In this document: positions 8,176-18,131 of the stretch, in pieces
How positions within the stretch are numbered: the first letter of the stretch is position 1
How the letters are laid out: each line of letters opens with the position of its first letter
Origin: an uncultured Chloroflexia bacterium
Lineage (GTDB): Bacteria; Chloroflexota; Ktedonobacteria; Ktedonobacterales; JADMIN01
Direction of reading: 5' to 3'
Length of the DNA: 64,000 nucleotides
Assembly (NCBI GenBank): GCA_963718915.1
Contig: CAVRAI010000003.1
Location: 642,103-706,102 of the forward strand
Made by a program: the position numbers and the translations under genes
The notes under the pieces: model-generated
What the model saw: the letters and a program-made list of their open reading frames with translations, nothing else
Databases searched by the model: none
What the model was told of the DNA's origin: nothing

Positions 8176-9315
8176 ATGAGTTACGACTATGTGGTGGTAG
8201 GCGGTGGCATCTATGGCTGTGCCACAGCGTGGGAGCTGGCGCGCCGTGGGGCGCGCGTGGTCGTGCTCGAAGCGCGAGCCGTTGCGTCGGGCGCATCGGG
8301 TGGGCCTGGCAAGCGTGGTGTGCGTGCGTGCGGTCGCGATCCGCGGGAGTTGCCTCTCATGCAACTGGCGTACGACCTGTGGCCTGCGTTAGCCGACGGG
8401 ATCGGCGCGGCAACCGGTTACGAGCGCACGGGCCTACTCCACCTTTTCGAGCGCGAACCGGACGGCCTCGACGGCGGCTGGGCGAGCGCCCCCGGTCGCG
8501 CCTGGGTGCAAAGTCGGCGTGGCATCGCTACAGAGATCCTCGACCGCGACGCCGTGCGCGCGCTGGAGCCTGACGTGTGTGAGGCAGTGAGCGGCGCACT
8601 CTACTGCCCCGACGACGGCATCGCGGATCACACGGCCACTACGCGCGGCCTCGCCGCAGCTGCGGCGCGCCTGGGCGCCGAGATCCGCGAGGGGACAGCA
8701 GTCGTCGGCCTGGAGCGTGCGGGCGACCGAGTGACGGCGGTGGTGACGGCAGAGGGCGAGCGCATCGCGGTGGGTGATGCTGCGCTGCTCCTCACCAATG
8801 GGCACGCGCCTGGCTTCGTGCGCAAGGAGCTTCGTGTGACCTTGCCCGTCTGGTCCATGCTGCCGCAAGTGCTGCTGACCGAGCCGCTAGACTCGCCGCC
8901 GATCCGTCACCTGATCGGTCACGAGCGACGCACACTGGCGATCAAGCCGATCCCCGGCGGGCAGGTGATGATCTCGGGTGGGTGGCACGGACGCTGGAAC
9001 GCCCAGGCGGATCGGGGCGAGGTCATCCCGGCGCAGGTGGAGGGCAACCTCGCCGAGGCCGCCGCTGTCTTCCCCGCGCTCGTCGGCGTTCGTCTGGCTG
9101 AGAGTGACGCCTCCCGCCTAGAGTCGGTCTGCGTGGACGACATTCCGATTATCGACCGCCTCCCCGGCGCCACAAATCTCATCGTCGGCACTGGCTGGTC
9201 AGGGCATGGCTTCGCCATCTCGCTGGCGGTGGCGAAGCTTCTAGCCGACTGGGTCACCGGGTCAGAGCAGCCCGAACTGCTACGTCCATTCGCCTACGAT
9301 CGCTTCCTGGCATGA
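8176..9315 (+). CDS. FAD-dependent oxidoreductase (DAO / glycine-sarcosine oxidase-like)
   Basis: ORF 8047..9315, start at ATG 8176 (GAGGAG upstream). Dinucleotide-binding motif YDYVVVGGGIYGCATAWELARRGARVVVLE. Confidence 0.85.
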   Translation: MSYDYVVVGGGIYGCATAWELARRGARVVVLEARAVASGASGGPGKRGVRACGRDPRELPLMQLAYDLWPALADGIGAATGYERTGLLHLFEREPDGLDGGWASAPGRAWVQSRRGIATEILDRDAVRALEPDVCEAVSGALYCPDDGIADHTATTRGLAAAAARLGAEIREGTAVVGLERAGDRVTAVVTAEGERIAVGDAALLLTNGHAPGFVRKELRVTLPVWSMLPQVLLTEPLDSPPIRHLIGHERRTLAIKPIPGGQVMISGGWHGRWNAQADRGEVIPAQVEGNLAEAAAVFPALVGVRLAESDASRLESVCVDDIPIIDRLPGATNLIVGTGWSGHGFAISLAVAKLLADWVTGSEQPELLRPFAYDRFLA

Positions 9316-9350
9316 CGTGGCGCGCGGCTGGCCATCGTGCCTTCCTCTTA

Positions 9351-10672
9351 TTAGCCGGTCGGCGCCGTGGCTTGCGTCTTTGTGCTTCTGGCTCTGCGCT
9401 GCGCTATCATCCGCTTGATGCTTTCGCCCACGATCAGCGCGACAAGGCTGGAGAGCACCAGGAGCGCGATCTCGTTCGCGTCGGCGGTGCCGATCACCAC
9501 CACCAGCAGGATCGACGTCAACGGCGCGCCCAGCGCCATCGTAAGGGTCGCCGCCTCGATGCACAGCACGAAGATCGAGACTGGCACACCGGGGAAGAGC
9601 AGGCTCAGCGCGAGGCCGAACATCGTGCAGGAGAACAGGATCGGGAACGTGGGGCCGCCCAGATAGCCGCTCTTGAAGGAGAGGGCCAGGAGCAGCAGCT
9701 TGAGGATTCCTAGCCCCAGCAGCGCCAGGACGCCATAGCTCGCGGGGTTGTCGATCATGGGGAAGATTTGTGTCTCGCCAGCGAACATCACCTGCGGGAC
9801 GAAGAAGACGACAATAGCGATGACGACCGCGGCGACAAGAATCCGCAAGATAACCCGGTCGTGGAAGATGCGCTCGGTGAGCGTCTGGAAGAAGCGGAAC
9901 GAAATTGCGACGAAGAGCGCCACCAGCACGCCGACGAAACCCAGCGCGATAGCGAAGAGAACGTAGGGCACGGTCAACTGATTGATTGGCGTGAAAGTGA
10001 TGTATTTGGCGAAGTCTGACAGGTTGAGCAGCGCATAGAAGAGGTATCCGATGACGCCGGCAAGCAGGTTCCAGGCAAGGAACGCCAGCGCATTCGTCCC
10101 GCCAACGCCCAGCTCAGTCGCGAGTACTCCGGTGAAGAGCGGGCTGCCGATAATGCCATTGTAGGCGGAGGCCAGGGCCGCCAGGTCGAATCCCTGTGCG
10201 GTCTCGCGTGAGATTCTGAGCTTGCTGCGAATCCATGCCGTAACGTCGCCGACAAGTATGCCAACGGGAGCTTCAGGGCCGACACTTGCTCCGGAGAGCA
10301 ACGAGGCGAATGCCGTGAGAAGCGCGCCGGGGAAGGTCGTGTAGTCCGACTCTTCGCCTCCCTTGAACGCATTCACCACCCCGCCGTGGATGACGGTTGG
10401 CGCGCGCAGATACTTCTGGGCAAGCCCGACGATGAGGGAGAAGACGAGAACCCCGACCGGGATCGTCCAGCGCCGGGTGGTGAAGAAATCGTTGGGCCAG
10501 ATGGCACGGAGAGAAACCCGTTGATGCCCAGGAAAATCGCCGTGAAGATGATAGCGACCAGCGCAATGCCGATGATCTGCCATAATTTCGGCGCCGCTAC
10601 GGATCCTTCCTGGTCGGTTGGCGTCGTTGCTGGCGTCGCTGCCTCTGTCGGCGTCTCGTGCGTCTCAGTCAT
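9351..10672 (-). pseudogene. ClC family chloride channel, apparently frameshifted near 10505-10520
   Basis: ORF 9351..10583 carries the ClC body (GASVGPEAP, GSPLFTGVLATELG, GYLGGPTFP). The true N-terminus (MTETHE...KLWQIIGIALVAIIFTAIFLGINGFLS) is in another frame (ORF 10373..10762). It starts at ATG 10672 with GGAGGAA upstream. Confidence 0.6.
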
Positions 10673-10756
10673 ATCAGCGTTTCCTCCAGGAGGATCCAGG
10701 AAAGCAAGTGGCAACGCTTCCCATAGACTCGCTTCCCATAGACTCCAGTTAGACTC

Positions 10757-10820
10757 CAGCATGAACGACGCCCACGCTCGCTACCCCGTCCGCTGGGTGA
10801 GTCTGCCGGGTGGGTTTCTC
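10757..10820. other. Conserved about 65-nt intergenic element, copy 2
   Basis: CAGCATGAACGACGCCCACGCTCGCTACCCCGTCCGCTGGGTGAGTCTGCCGGGTGGGTTTCTC. See copy 1 at 7869..7933. Confidence 0.7.
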
Positions 10821-11033
10821 ATTACTCCATGCTTAGAGAATGGGTATGGTACCAGCGGCGGCGCATGCTCTCACTCCCCTTATGGCCAGTCGAATACTAT
10901 GCCACTGATCCACCCCGGCGCATGGGGTAACGATGCGATTTTCTGTCTACCTTGATTGCTGACAGCATGGCATTGGCCGCAATGGATGTAGATGTCGCAT
11001 GCTAACATCCTGTTCCTGGGAGGGAGATAGCCT

Positions 11034-11477
11034 GTGGTCTTCTGGCTGGCGGCGCTCTTTGTCGCCATCTTCTGGCTCCTTCCCGCACTCTGGGCATTCA
11101 CCTCCCATTTCCAACGCCGCCGGAGACGGGTCGCGCCTTCAGCCGAATACGCCCTTGCGGAGGCGCGTTCGCGCGCCCTTTTGCGCGATCTGCTGGATGA
11201 GCGGGAGTTCCAGCAACTGACGCAGCAGGGATATCTGGACGTCGCCAGCCCCAACTATGAGGATCGCGTCTATCGCATACCTGGCTGCGCTGGATGGGTC
11301 TGTGTCTACGAGAAAGGGCAGGCGCGGGTGAACCTGTGCCTACAGCCAGTGGAGCCGCTTCCAGGCAACGATATGATCGCACTGCACAAGCTCATGATCG
11401 AGGGGAACGAACACGGCTACCTGGCTCGCGCCAATGAGATTCCGCTCTTCTTCCCGACCCGGAGCGACGACGAGTAG
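11034..11477 (+). CDS. Uncharacterised single-TM protein, paralogue of 42106..42582
   Basis: ORF 11034..11477 (GTG start, GGGAGGGAG upstream). N-terminal TM, then the conserved block YLDVASPNYEDRVYRIP...LCLQPVEPLP...HKLMIEGNEHGYLARAN shared with the 158-aa paralogue. Confidence 0.6.
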   Translation: MVFWLAALFVAIFWLLPALWAFTSHFQRRRRRVAPSAEYALAEARSRALLRDLLDEREFQQLTQQGYLDVASPNYEDRVYRIPGCAGWVCVYEKGQARVNLCLQPVEPLPGNDMIALHKLMIEGNEHGYLARANEIPLFFPTRSDDE

Positions 11478-11507
11478 AGGGTAATTTTCCTGAAGGGGGA
11501 ACGAACC

Positions 11508-12275
11508 ATGATGCTGGCAAACAAGGTGGCCATCGTGACCGGGGGCGACAGCGGCATTGGGCACGCAATCAGCGTGGGACTCGCCCGCGAGGGCGCCGCA
11601 GTGACGATTAACTACCACCGCGACCAGGCGGCTGCCGAAGCCACGTTGCGACAGATTCAGCAGGAGGGTGGCAAGGGCCAGGTCATCCAGGCCGATGTCG
11701 CCAATCCGGCGGATATTCAGAAGCTCGTCGACCAGACGGTGCAGGCGTTCGGGCGTCTGGATGTGATGGTCAATAACGCCGGGATGGAGACGCGCACCTC
11801 CCTGCTCGATACCACGGAGCGGCAGTTCGATCTGGTGATCGGCGTTGACCTGAAGAGCGCCTTTTTCGGGACGCAGATGGCCGCCCGGCAGATGATCAAA
11901 CAGGGCGGCGGCGGCCACATCATCAATATCTCGTCGGTCCATGAAGACTGGCCGATGCCAGGCAATATCGCCTACTGCTGCGCCAAAGGCGGGGTGCGCA
12001 TGCTGACCCGGACCGCTGGCGTTGAGCTGGGGCCGAATGGCATCACGGTGGTGAACGTTGGCCCTGGCGCGGTGGATACCCCCATCGACGCCAAGACACT
12101 TGCCGATCCAGCAGAGAAGGCCAAGCTCGACGCCGCCATTCCACTTGGCCACGTCGCTGAGCCGAACGAGATCGCCAACCTGGTGGTCTGGCTGGCCTCT
12201 GACCAGGCGCGCTATGGGACCGCGACCACGTACTTCATTGACGGCGGCATCATGCAGAGCAGCGTTGGCCTCTAG
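11508..12275 (+). CDS. SDR family oxidoreductase (glucose 1-dehydrogenase-like)
   Basis: KVAIVTGGDSGIGHAI (TGxxxGxG), NNAG, catalytic YCCAKGG (YxxxK). Confidence 0.9.
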   Translation: MMLANKVAIVTGGDSGIGHAISVGLAREGAAVTINYHRDQAAAEATLRQIQQEGGKGQVIQADVANPADIQKLVDQTVQAFGRLDVMVNNAGMETRTSLLDTTERQFDLVIGVDLKSAFFGTQMAARQMIKQGGGGHIINISSVHEDWPMPGNIAYCCAKGGVRMLTRTAGVELGPNGITVVNVGPGAVDTPIDAKTLADPAEKAKLDAAIPLGHVAEPNEIANLVVWLASDQARYGTATTYFIDGGIMQSSVGL

Positions 12276-12283
12276 CCCACTGC

Positions 12284-13243
12284 TCAGAGAATCGCCAGCG
12301 GGTTGACTGGTGAGCCTGTTCCGCCGGTGATGCGTAGTGGAGCCGCGACGAAGAGAAACTCCCAGCGTCCAGCCTGCTCGCAGGCGGCGCGGAGGTCTTC
12401 TAACTGCAGATAGTCCAGCAGGTGGACACCCAGCGCGTTGATCGCCAGGACGTGGATCGGGAAGCCAACGCCGTCGGTGGGGCTCGGCGCGGTATCGCTG
12501 TTCCCATCGGAACCCAGCGCGGCAACCCGACGCTCGGCGACGAACGACATCGCGGTCGGATGCAGGCCAGCCTTGAGCCGCGCCGTATCCCACGGCCCAA
12601 GCTCGCTGAGTCGCCGGACGTGGCCGGTACGCACCAGGAGGATGTCGCCCTCGCCAACGGCAATGCCCTGTGCGCGCTCCGCCGCCTCGAGATCATCACG
12701 GAAGATGTGCTCGCCTGGCTCGATCCAGGGTACGCCGCGCAGGCGCGGGATGTCGAGCAGGACACCGCGACCGACGAGTCCGTCTTTCAGGACGTCAATC
12801 GCGTCGACCGTCGCTCCATCCGTCGTCACGGTATCGTCCCGCTGCGCATTGTACAGGAGCCTCTGATAGTCAACGTGGCACAGCGCATCAATGTGTGTAT
12901 GGCCATCGTTATGATAGTCCACGCCAATGTAATCCTTGACGAAGTGGAGTGCTTCCGAGCCGCTGTCGTCCTCACCAGCCGCGATAATGCCTGGCATAAT
13001 CATATGGTGCACGGCGGGTCTGGGATTGTCGATCGCTGCCTGCGTGTTCAACGGCAGACTCAGCGAGAGGCTGACACCGTCGCGTACGAGCCGGGCAGAT
13101 GCCGCGACACGCTGAGGGGTGAGATAGTGCAGCGCCCCACGCTGGTCTTGTGCGCCCCAGTGGCCCCACCGCTTCATCTCCTGAAAGAGTGTGTCGAACT
13201 CGTCCGCAGTGAGATGCGCGTCGTCTGTGCGCTGCTGATCCAT
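12284..13243 (-). CDS. Cyclase family protein (kynurenine formamidase-like fold)
   Basis: ORF 12284..13300, start preferred at ATG 13243 (AAGGGAGA upstream). Metal motif DGHTHIDALCH. Confidence 0.75.
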   Translation of the reverse strand: MDQQRTDDAHLTADEFDTLFQEMKRWGHWGAQDQRGALHYLTPQRVAASARLVRDGVSLSLSLPLNTQAAIDNPRPAVHHMIMPGIIAAGEDDSGSEALHFVKDYIGVDYHNDGHTHIDALCHVDYQRLLYNAQRDDTVTTDGATVDAIDVLKDGLVGRGVLLDIPRLRGVPWIEPGEHIFRDDLEAAERAQGIAVGEGDILLVRTGHVRRLSELGPWDTARLKAGLHPTAMSFVAERRVAALGSDGNSDTAPSPTDGVGFPIHVLAINALGVHLLDYLQLEDLRAACEQAGRWEFLFVAAPLRITGGTGSPVNPLAIL

Positions 13244-13598
13244 AGGTCGATCTCCCTTTCGCTCCGTAGCCAGTACTCGAACTATGGCACATATGCACAT
13301 TGATCGGCGCCAGGATACGTTGTATCCATCGGCTCGCCTCCAGGCGGATCAAATCGGGGCAGGAAGCGGGTCACGCAGCCGTGGATGCCCTCGTTGCGCG
13401 TCTGAAACAGGCGCATGACTGGCCTTGCGGGTAGGTGGAAAACTCGCCGCACATACTCCACCATCAACCGGGGCGCGCATGGACCAGCCGACACACTATT
13501 GTACGGTGTCACTATAGGCGCTATAGGCGTTTTCCGAAGATTTGCTCGCCGAGAATCGGTGTAATCTCCGTTTGACCGCTAACCAGGGAGCAGAAGTT

Positions 13599-14936
13599 AT
13601 GAAACGGATCGTGGTGCTCGGCGGCGGGTTCGGTGGTATCGCCGCCGCGCAGCGTTTGGATCGCCAGTTTCGTCACGACGACGACGTCGAGATCGTCCTG
13701 GTGAGCAATACCAACTTTCTCGTCTACACCCCGATGCTGGCCGATGTCGCCGGTGGGACCATCGAGCCACGCCACGCTGTTCCGCCGGTGCGGGCCTTCC
13801 TCAAGAAAGCCCACTTCCGCGAGGCATTCGTCAAGAGCATCGACGTTGCCAACCAAACGGTGCATGGGATGCTGATCAACGGAGACAGCGCCGACGTGCA
13901 GTATGACTACCTCGTCATCGCGCTGGGCGCCGTGACCAACTACAGTCATGCCACGGGGGCAGCTGAGTATGCGCTCGGTTTGAAAGACCTGTTCGACGCC
14001 TTCCGTTTGCGCAACCGCGCGCTGACGATGCTCGAATGGGCCAATACCACGCGCGACCCGGTGCAGCGCCGGGAGATTCTGACTTTTGTGATGGCGGGCG
14101 GTGGCTTCTCTGGCGTCGAAGGGATAGCCGCGCTTGAGGATCTGCTGCGTGGGTCGTTGCGGTACTACCACGACATTAATCCAGACGACCTGCGGCTGAT
14201 TCTCGCGCCCCACGGCGAGCGCCTGCTCACCGAGGTGGACGCGCGGCTGGGGGCGTATGTCGTGGAGAAGTTCGCGCGGCGGACAATCGATGTGCGGCTG
14301 GGCGTGGGGGTGACTGCCGTGACCGAACGCACCGCGACCCTCTCGACCGGCGAGGTCATCCCGACGCGGACAGTAATCTGGACGGGTGGCATCATGGTCA
14401 ATCCCGTTTTGCAGAGCGCCGACCTGCCCAAAAACAAGCACAATGCGATCCAGGTCAACGACCAACTCCAGGCGCTCAATCATCCAGAAGTCTTCGTGCT
14501 GGGTGACTGCGCCGCGGTGCCAACCCCTGACGGCCAGGGTTTCTATTCTCCGACCGCGCAGAACGCGATCCGCGAAGGCCCAGTCGCCGCGGCCAACATC
14601 GCCGCCGCGATTTGCAAGACCGGGAAGACGAGGAATTTCACCTACAAGCCCATCGGCAGTCTGGCGAGCCTGGGCCATCGCCAGGCCGTCGCGCAGATTG
14701 GCAGCATCCAGCTCTCTGGTCTGCCCGCCTGGTTCGCCTGGCGCGGCATCTACCTTGCCAAGCTGCCAACCTTCTCCGACAAGGTGCGGATTGGGTTGGA
14801 CTGGGTCACCGACCTCTTCGCGCCCGTCGATACGATGCAGATTCCTATCGTTCGGGAGAATGCGGCATCCATCGGTGGCCTGGAGACTCTTGTGGCGTCT
14901 CATGGAACCATGCCGTCCGCGCCTGCCATCGGATGA
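13599..14936 (+). CDS. ndh: Type II NADH dehydrogenase (NDH-2) / FAD-dependent pyridine nucleotide-disulfide oxidoreductase
   Basis: ORF 13542..14936, start at ATG 13599 (AGGGAG upstream). MKRIVVLGGGFGGIAAAQRL, a second GG motif FVMAGGGFSGVE, and LGDCAAVP. Confidence 0.8.
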   Translation: MKRIVVLGGGFGGIAAAQRLDRQFRHDDDVEIVLVSNTNFLVYTPMLADVAGGTIEPRHAVPPVRAFLKKAHFREAFVKSIDVANQTVHGMLINGDSADVQYDYLVIALGAVTNYSHATGAAEYALGLKDLFDAFRLRNRALTMLEWANTTRDPVQRREILTFVMAGGGFSGVEGIAALEDLLRGSLRYYHDINPDDLRLILAPHGERLLTEVDARLGAYVVEKFARRTIDVRLGVGVTAVTERTATLSTGEVIPTRTVIWTGGIMVNPVLQSADLPKNKHNAIQVNDQLQALNHPEVFVLGDCAAVPTPDGQGFYSPTAQNAIREGPVAAANIAAAICKTGKTRNFTYKPIGSLASLGHRQAVAQIGSIQLSGLPAWFAWRGIYLAKLPTFSDKVRIGLDWVTDLFAPVDTMQIPIVRENAASIGGLETLVASHGTMPSAPAIG

Positions 14937-14981
14937 TAGGCGCACTCTGGGCAAAACAACGTGAAGCGAAGGAGAAGCGCT

Positions 14982-16586
14982 ATGGCCTCGGGTGACCAGT
15001 TCGACGTGATTATCATTGGGACCGGCGCTGGTGGCGGCACGCTTGCCTACCATCTGGCGCCCTCCGGCAAACGCATCCTGTTGCTGGAACGCGGCGACTT
15101 CCTTCCGCGCGAGCTGGAGAACTGGGACGCCGAGGCCGTGTTCGTCAAGAACCGCTACATTTCTCCGGACACCTGGTATGACGCCAACGGCAAATCATTC
15201 CAGCCCCAGGTCCACTACGTCGTCGGCGGGGCGACCAAAATGTATGGCGCCGCGCTCTACCGACTGCGCAAAGAAGACTTCGGCGAGCTGCGCCACCAGG
15301 ATGGCGTCTCGCCTGCCTGGCCAATCAGCTACGATGAGATGGAGCCGTACTACACGTATGCCGAGCAGTTGTATCAGGTGCATGGTCAGCATGGCGAAGA
15401 CCCAACAGACCCACCCGCAAGCGCGCCTTATCCATGGCCAGCGGTCTCCCATGAGCCGCGCATGCAACAACTCTACGATGATTTGCGGCGGAACGGATAT
15501 CATGCCTTCCACGCGCCCTGCGGCATCCTGCTCAATGAGCAGGATCGCGCCGCCAGCACCTGTATCCGCTGCCAGACCTGCGATGGCTATCCATGTCTCG
15601 TGCATGCTAAGTCGGATGCGGAGGTCATCGCGGTGCGCCCGGCGCTGGAATTCCCCAATGTCACCTTGCTGAGACATGCGCCGGTGGTGCAACTCAACAC
15701 CGGCCCCACCGGCCGCGAGGTGACCGAGGTGGTGGTCGAGCGTGACGGCGCCCGCGAAGTCTATCACGGCGATATTGTCGTCGTCTCGTGCGGCGCGGCG
15801 AACTCGGCGAAGCTGCTGTTGATGTCGGCTAACGACAAGCATCCACATGGGTTGGCTAATGGGTCGGACCAGGTCGGGCGCAACTACATGTTCCACAATA
15901 GCCGGGCGGTGCTAGCCGTCTCGACGGGACTCAACGACACCACCTTTGAGAAGACGCTCGGCTTGAACGACTTCTACTTGAAAGGTGTCGATGGGTTCGA
16001 CTATCCAATGGGCAACATCCAGATGACGGGCAAGTCGGTCGCGCCGATGTATCGCGGCGAGAAGCCGCGGCTAACCATGCTCGCGCCGACCTGGTCACTC
16101 AAGGACGTAGCTCTCCACGCCGTAGACTTCTGGCTTTCCACCGAGGATCTCCCGAGGCCTGACAATCGCGTTACGGTCGATGCGCAGGGGAACATCACGC
16201 TTAGCTACACACCAAATAATCAGGCAGCCGCCGACAGGCTCTACGAGCAACTCAAAGCGATGCTGCCCCATCTCGGCTTCCAACAGGGGCACTTGATTCA
16301 ACGTGATCTCTACCTGCAGACGGAGATTCCGATCGCGGGTGTTGGCCACCAGGCTGGCACGTGTCGCTTTGGCGCTGATCCCGCAACCTCGGTGCTGGAT
16401 ACCAGTTGCCGCGCCCATGAGGTGGACAATCTCTATGTGGTGGACACGAGCTTCTTCCCGAGCATCGGCGCGGTCAATCCTGCGCTCACTGCCATGGCGA
16501 ACGCTGTGCGTGTAGGCGATCACATCTTGGAACGGCTCGGTGTGGCAACGCCCGCATTGACCGTGAGCGGGAGTCGCATCCACTGA
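14982..16586 (+). CDS. GMC family oxidoreductase
   Basis: ORF 14961..16586, start at ATG 14982 (AAGGAGA upstream). FDVIIIGTGAGGGTLAYHLA. C-terminal HQAGTCRFG...LYVVDTSFFPSIGAVNP. Confidence 0.85.
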   Translation: MASGDQFDVIIIGTGAGGGTLAYHLAPSGKRILLLERGDFLPRELENWDAEAVFVKNRYISPDTWYDANGKSFQPQVHYVVGGATKMYGAALYRLRKEDFGELRHQDGVSPAWPISYDEMEPYYTYAEQLYQVHGQHGEDPTDPPASAPYPWPAVSHEPRMQQLYDDLRRNGYHAFHAPCGILLNEQDRAASTCIRCQTCDGYPCLVHAKSDAEVIAVRPALEFPNVTLLRHAPVVQLNTGPTGREVTEVVVERDGAREVYHGDIVVVSCGAANSAKLLLMSANDKHPHGLANGSDQVGRNYMFHNSRAVLAVSTGLNDTTFEKTLGLNDFYLKGVDGFDYPMGNIQMTGKSVAPMYRGEKPRLTMLAPTWSLKDVALHAVDFWLSTEDLPRPDNRVTVDAQGNITLSYTPNNQAAADRLYEQLKAMLPHLGFQQGHLIQRDLYLQTEIPIAGVGHQAGTCRFGADPATSVLDTSCRAHEVDNLYVVDTSFFPSIGAVNPALTAMANAVRVGDHILERLGVATPALTVSGSRIH

Positions 16587-16700
16587 GGCAATAGGTCGCT
16601 TGATTCCGGCGCGCGTATGTGTGGATAGAGTCACATCCCACATGTGTAGCGCAGACCAGAGAGGCCTGAGCAAAGCGATCCGAGAGAATGGAGCGCGCCG

Positions 16701-18044
16701 ATGAGTTCGGACGTTGCTGCTCGCGCGTCATTGGCGGTCTCGTTGGCCTTTCACATTGTCTTCGCCGCAGTGGGCATCGGCCTGCCGCTCATGTTCTGCA
16801 TCGCCGAAGGCATTGGTCTGCGCAAGCGCGACGCCACCTGGTATACCCTGGCGCGGCGCTGGAGCCGGGCGGCTGGCATCCTCTTCGTCGTCGGCGCGGT
16901 CTCCGGCACCGCCCTCTCATTCGAGTTCGGACTGCTCTGGCCGCGCTTCATGGCCTTTGGGTCAGGCATCTTTGGGCTGATGTTCACTTTCGAGGGTTTC
17001 TGCTTCTTCCTGGAGGCGATCTTTCTGGGCCTTTATCTCTTTGGCTGGGATCGCCTCTCACCCCGCACCCATTGGCTCTGCTCGTTTCCCGTGGTGATAA
17101 CAGGAGCGCTCGCCTCGCAGTTTATTCTGTCGGTCAACTCGTGGATGAACACGCCGACTGGCTTCACGCTCGCCAATGGCACGGCGACAAACATCGATCC
17201 GATTGCAGCGATGTTCAACCCCATGGCGCCCTCGCAGGCGATCCATATGCTCGTCGCGGCGTATCAGGTCACTGGCTTTACCATCGCTGCGGTATATGCC
17301 GCTGGCCTGCTCCGTGGTCGCAACGATAGCTATCACCGGCGGGGCGTGCTGCTTGGGATGATCGTCGCGGCGGTGATGATTATCCCGCAAGCGATTGCCG
17401 GAAGCTGGATTGGCGAGGCGCTCGCGCGCAACCAACCGCAGAAGCTGGCAAGCATCGAAGGCCTGTTTCAGACCACCGCGCATGCGCCGCTGGCGCTCTT
17501 TGGATGGGTGGACACGGCGGCGCAGCAGATCTATTTTGCCATCAATATCCCGGACATGCTGAGCTTCCTTGCGTTTAATCACTTCGACGCCAGCGTCACT
17601 GGCATGGACGCCTTTGCGGAGAATACGTGGCCTGGACCTGTGCTCGTGCCAATTGCCCACCTGGCCTTCGATACGATGGCGACCCTGGGCGGGCTCTTCC
17701 TGCTCGTACCCCTCGTCTTCTGGTTCGTCTACTTTCGGCAGCACAAGACCGTGCCGACTGCGCGCTGGCTGCTCTGGGTGCTGTTGATCTGTAGCCCGCT
17801 GACGTTTGTTGCCCTCGAGGCGGGTTGGGTGACAGCCGAGCTAGGGCGGCAGCCCTGGATCATTTACAACATCATGCGGACCAGCGACGGCGTCACAACC
17901 AATGGCGGCGTCGCGTTCTTCTTCTTTGTCTTCTTGGCCATTTATATCGCACTGGCGATAGCCACCATCGGGTTGCTGCGGCGGCTCGCGCGCGAACGCA
18001 AGACGTTTAACCCGGAGAAGAAAGTGATCGGCAGTGCCGAATAG
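16701..18044 (+). CDS. cydA: Cytochrome bd-type quinol oxidase subunit I
   Basis: N-terminus LAVSLAFHIVFAAVGIGLPLMFCIAEG and the overall multi-TM pattern. Immediately followed by cydB. Confidence 0.9.
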   Translation: MSSDVAARASLAVSLAFHIVFAAVGIGLPLMFCIAEGIGLRKRDATWYTLARRWSRAAGILFVVGAVSGTALSFEFGLLWPRFMAFGSGIFGLMFTFEGFCFFLEAIFLGLYLFGWDRLSPRTHWLCSFPVVITGALASQFILSVNSWMNTPTGFTLANGTATNIDPIAAMFNPMAPSQAIHMLVAAYQVTGFTIAAVYAAGLLRGRNDSYHRRGVLLGMIVAAVMIIPQAIAGSWIGEALARNQPQKLASIEGLFQTTAHAPLALFGWVDTAAQQIYFAINIPDMLSFLAFNHFDASVTGMDAFAENTWPGPVLVPIAHLAFDTMATLGGLFLLVPLVFWFVYFRQHKTVPTARWLLWVLLICSPLTFVALEAGWVTAELGRQPWIIYNIMRTSDGVTTNGGVAFFFFVFLAIYIALAIATIGLLRRLARERKTFNPEKKVIGSAE

Positions 18045-18131
18045 CGTGTTGGTGCTCGTCGTCCCAGACAGGCGCGCCTGCCACGACAGATTGCCCCATG
18101 CGCTGACACATTCAAGAGCAGGCGGTGTCCC

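Noticed and set aside
10673-10830. Fluoride (crcB-motif) or another known riboswitch upstream of the ClC gene.
   Set aside because: The conserved element does not match my recollection of the fluoride riboswitch core. I found no compensatory base changes between the two copies; the one candidate stem is broken in copy 2.
7869-10955. The conserved element as a small protein gene. Both copies translate in one frame as AHARYP(I/V)R(R/W)VS(T/L)PGGF.
   Set aside because: Copy 1 has ATA where copy 2 has ATG, and neither has an SD. The differences between the copies are not biased toward synonymous changes.
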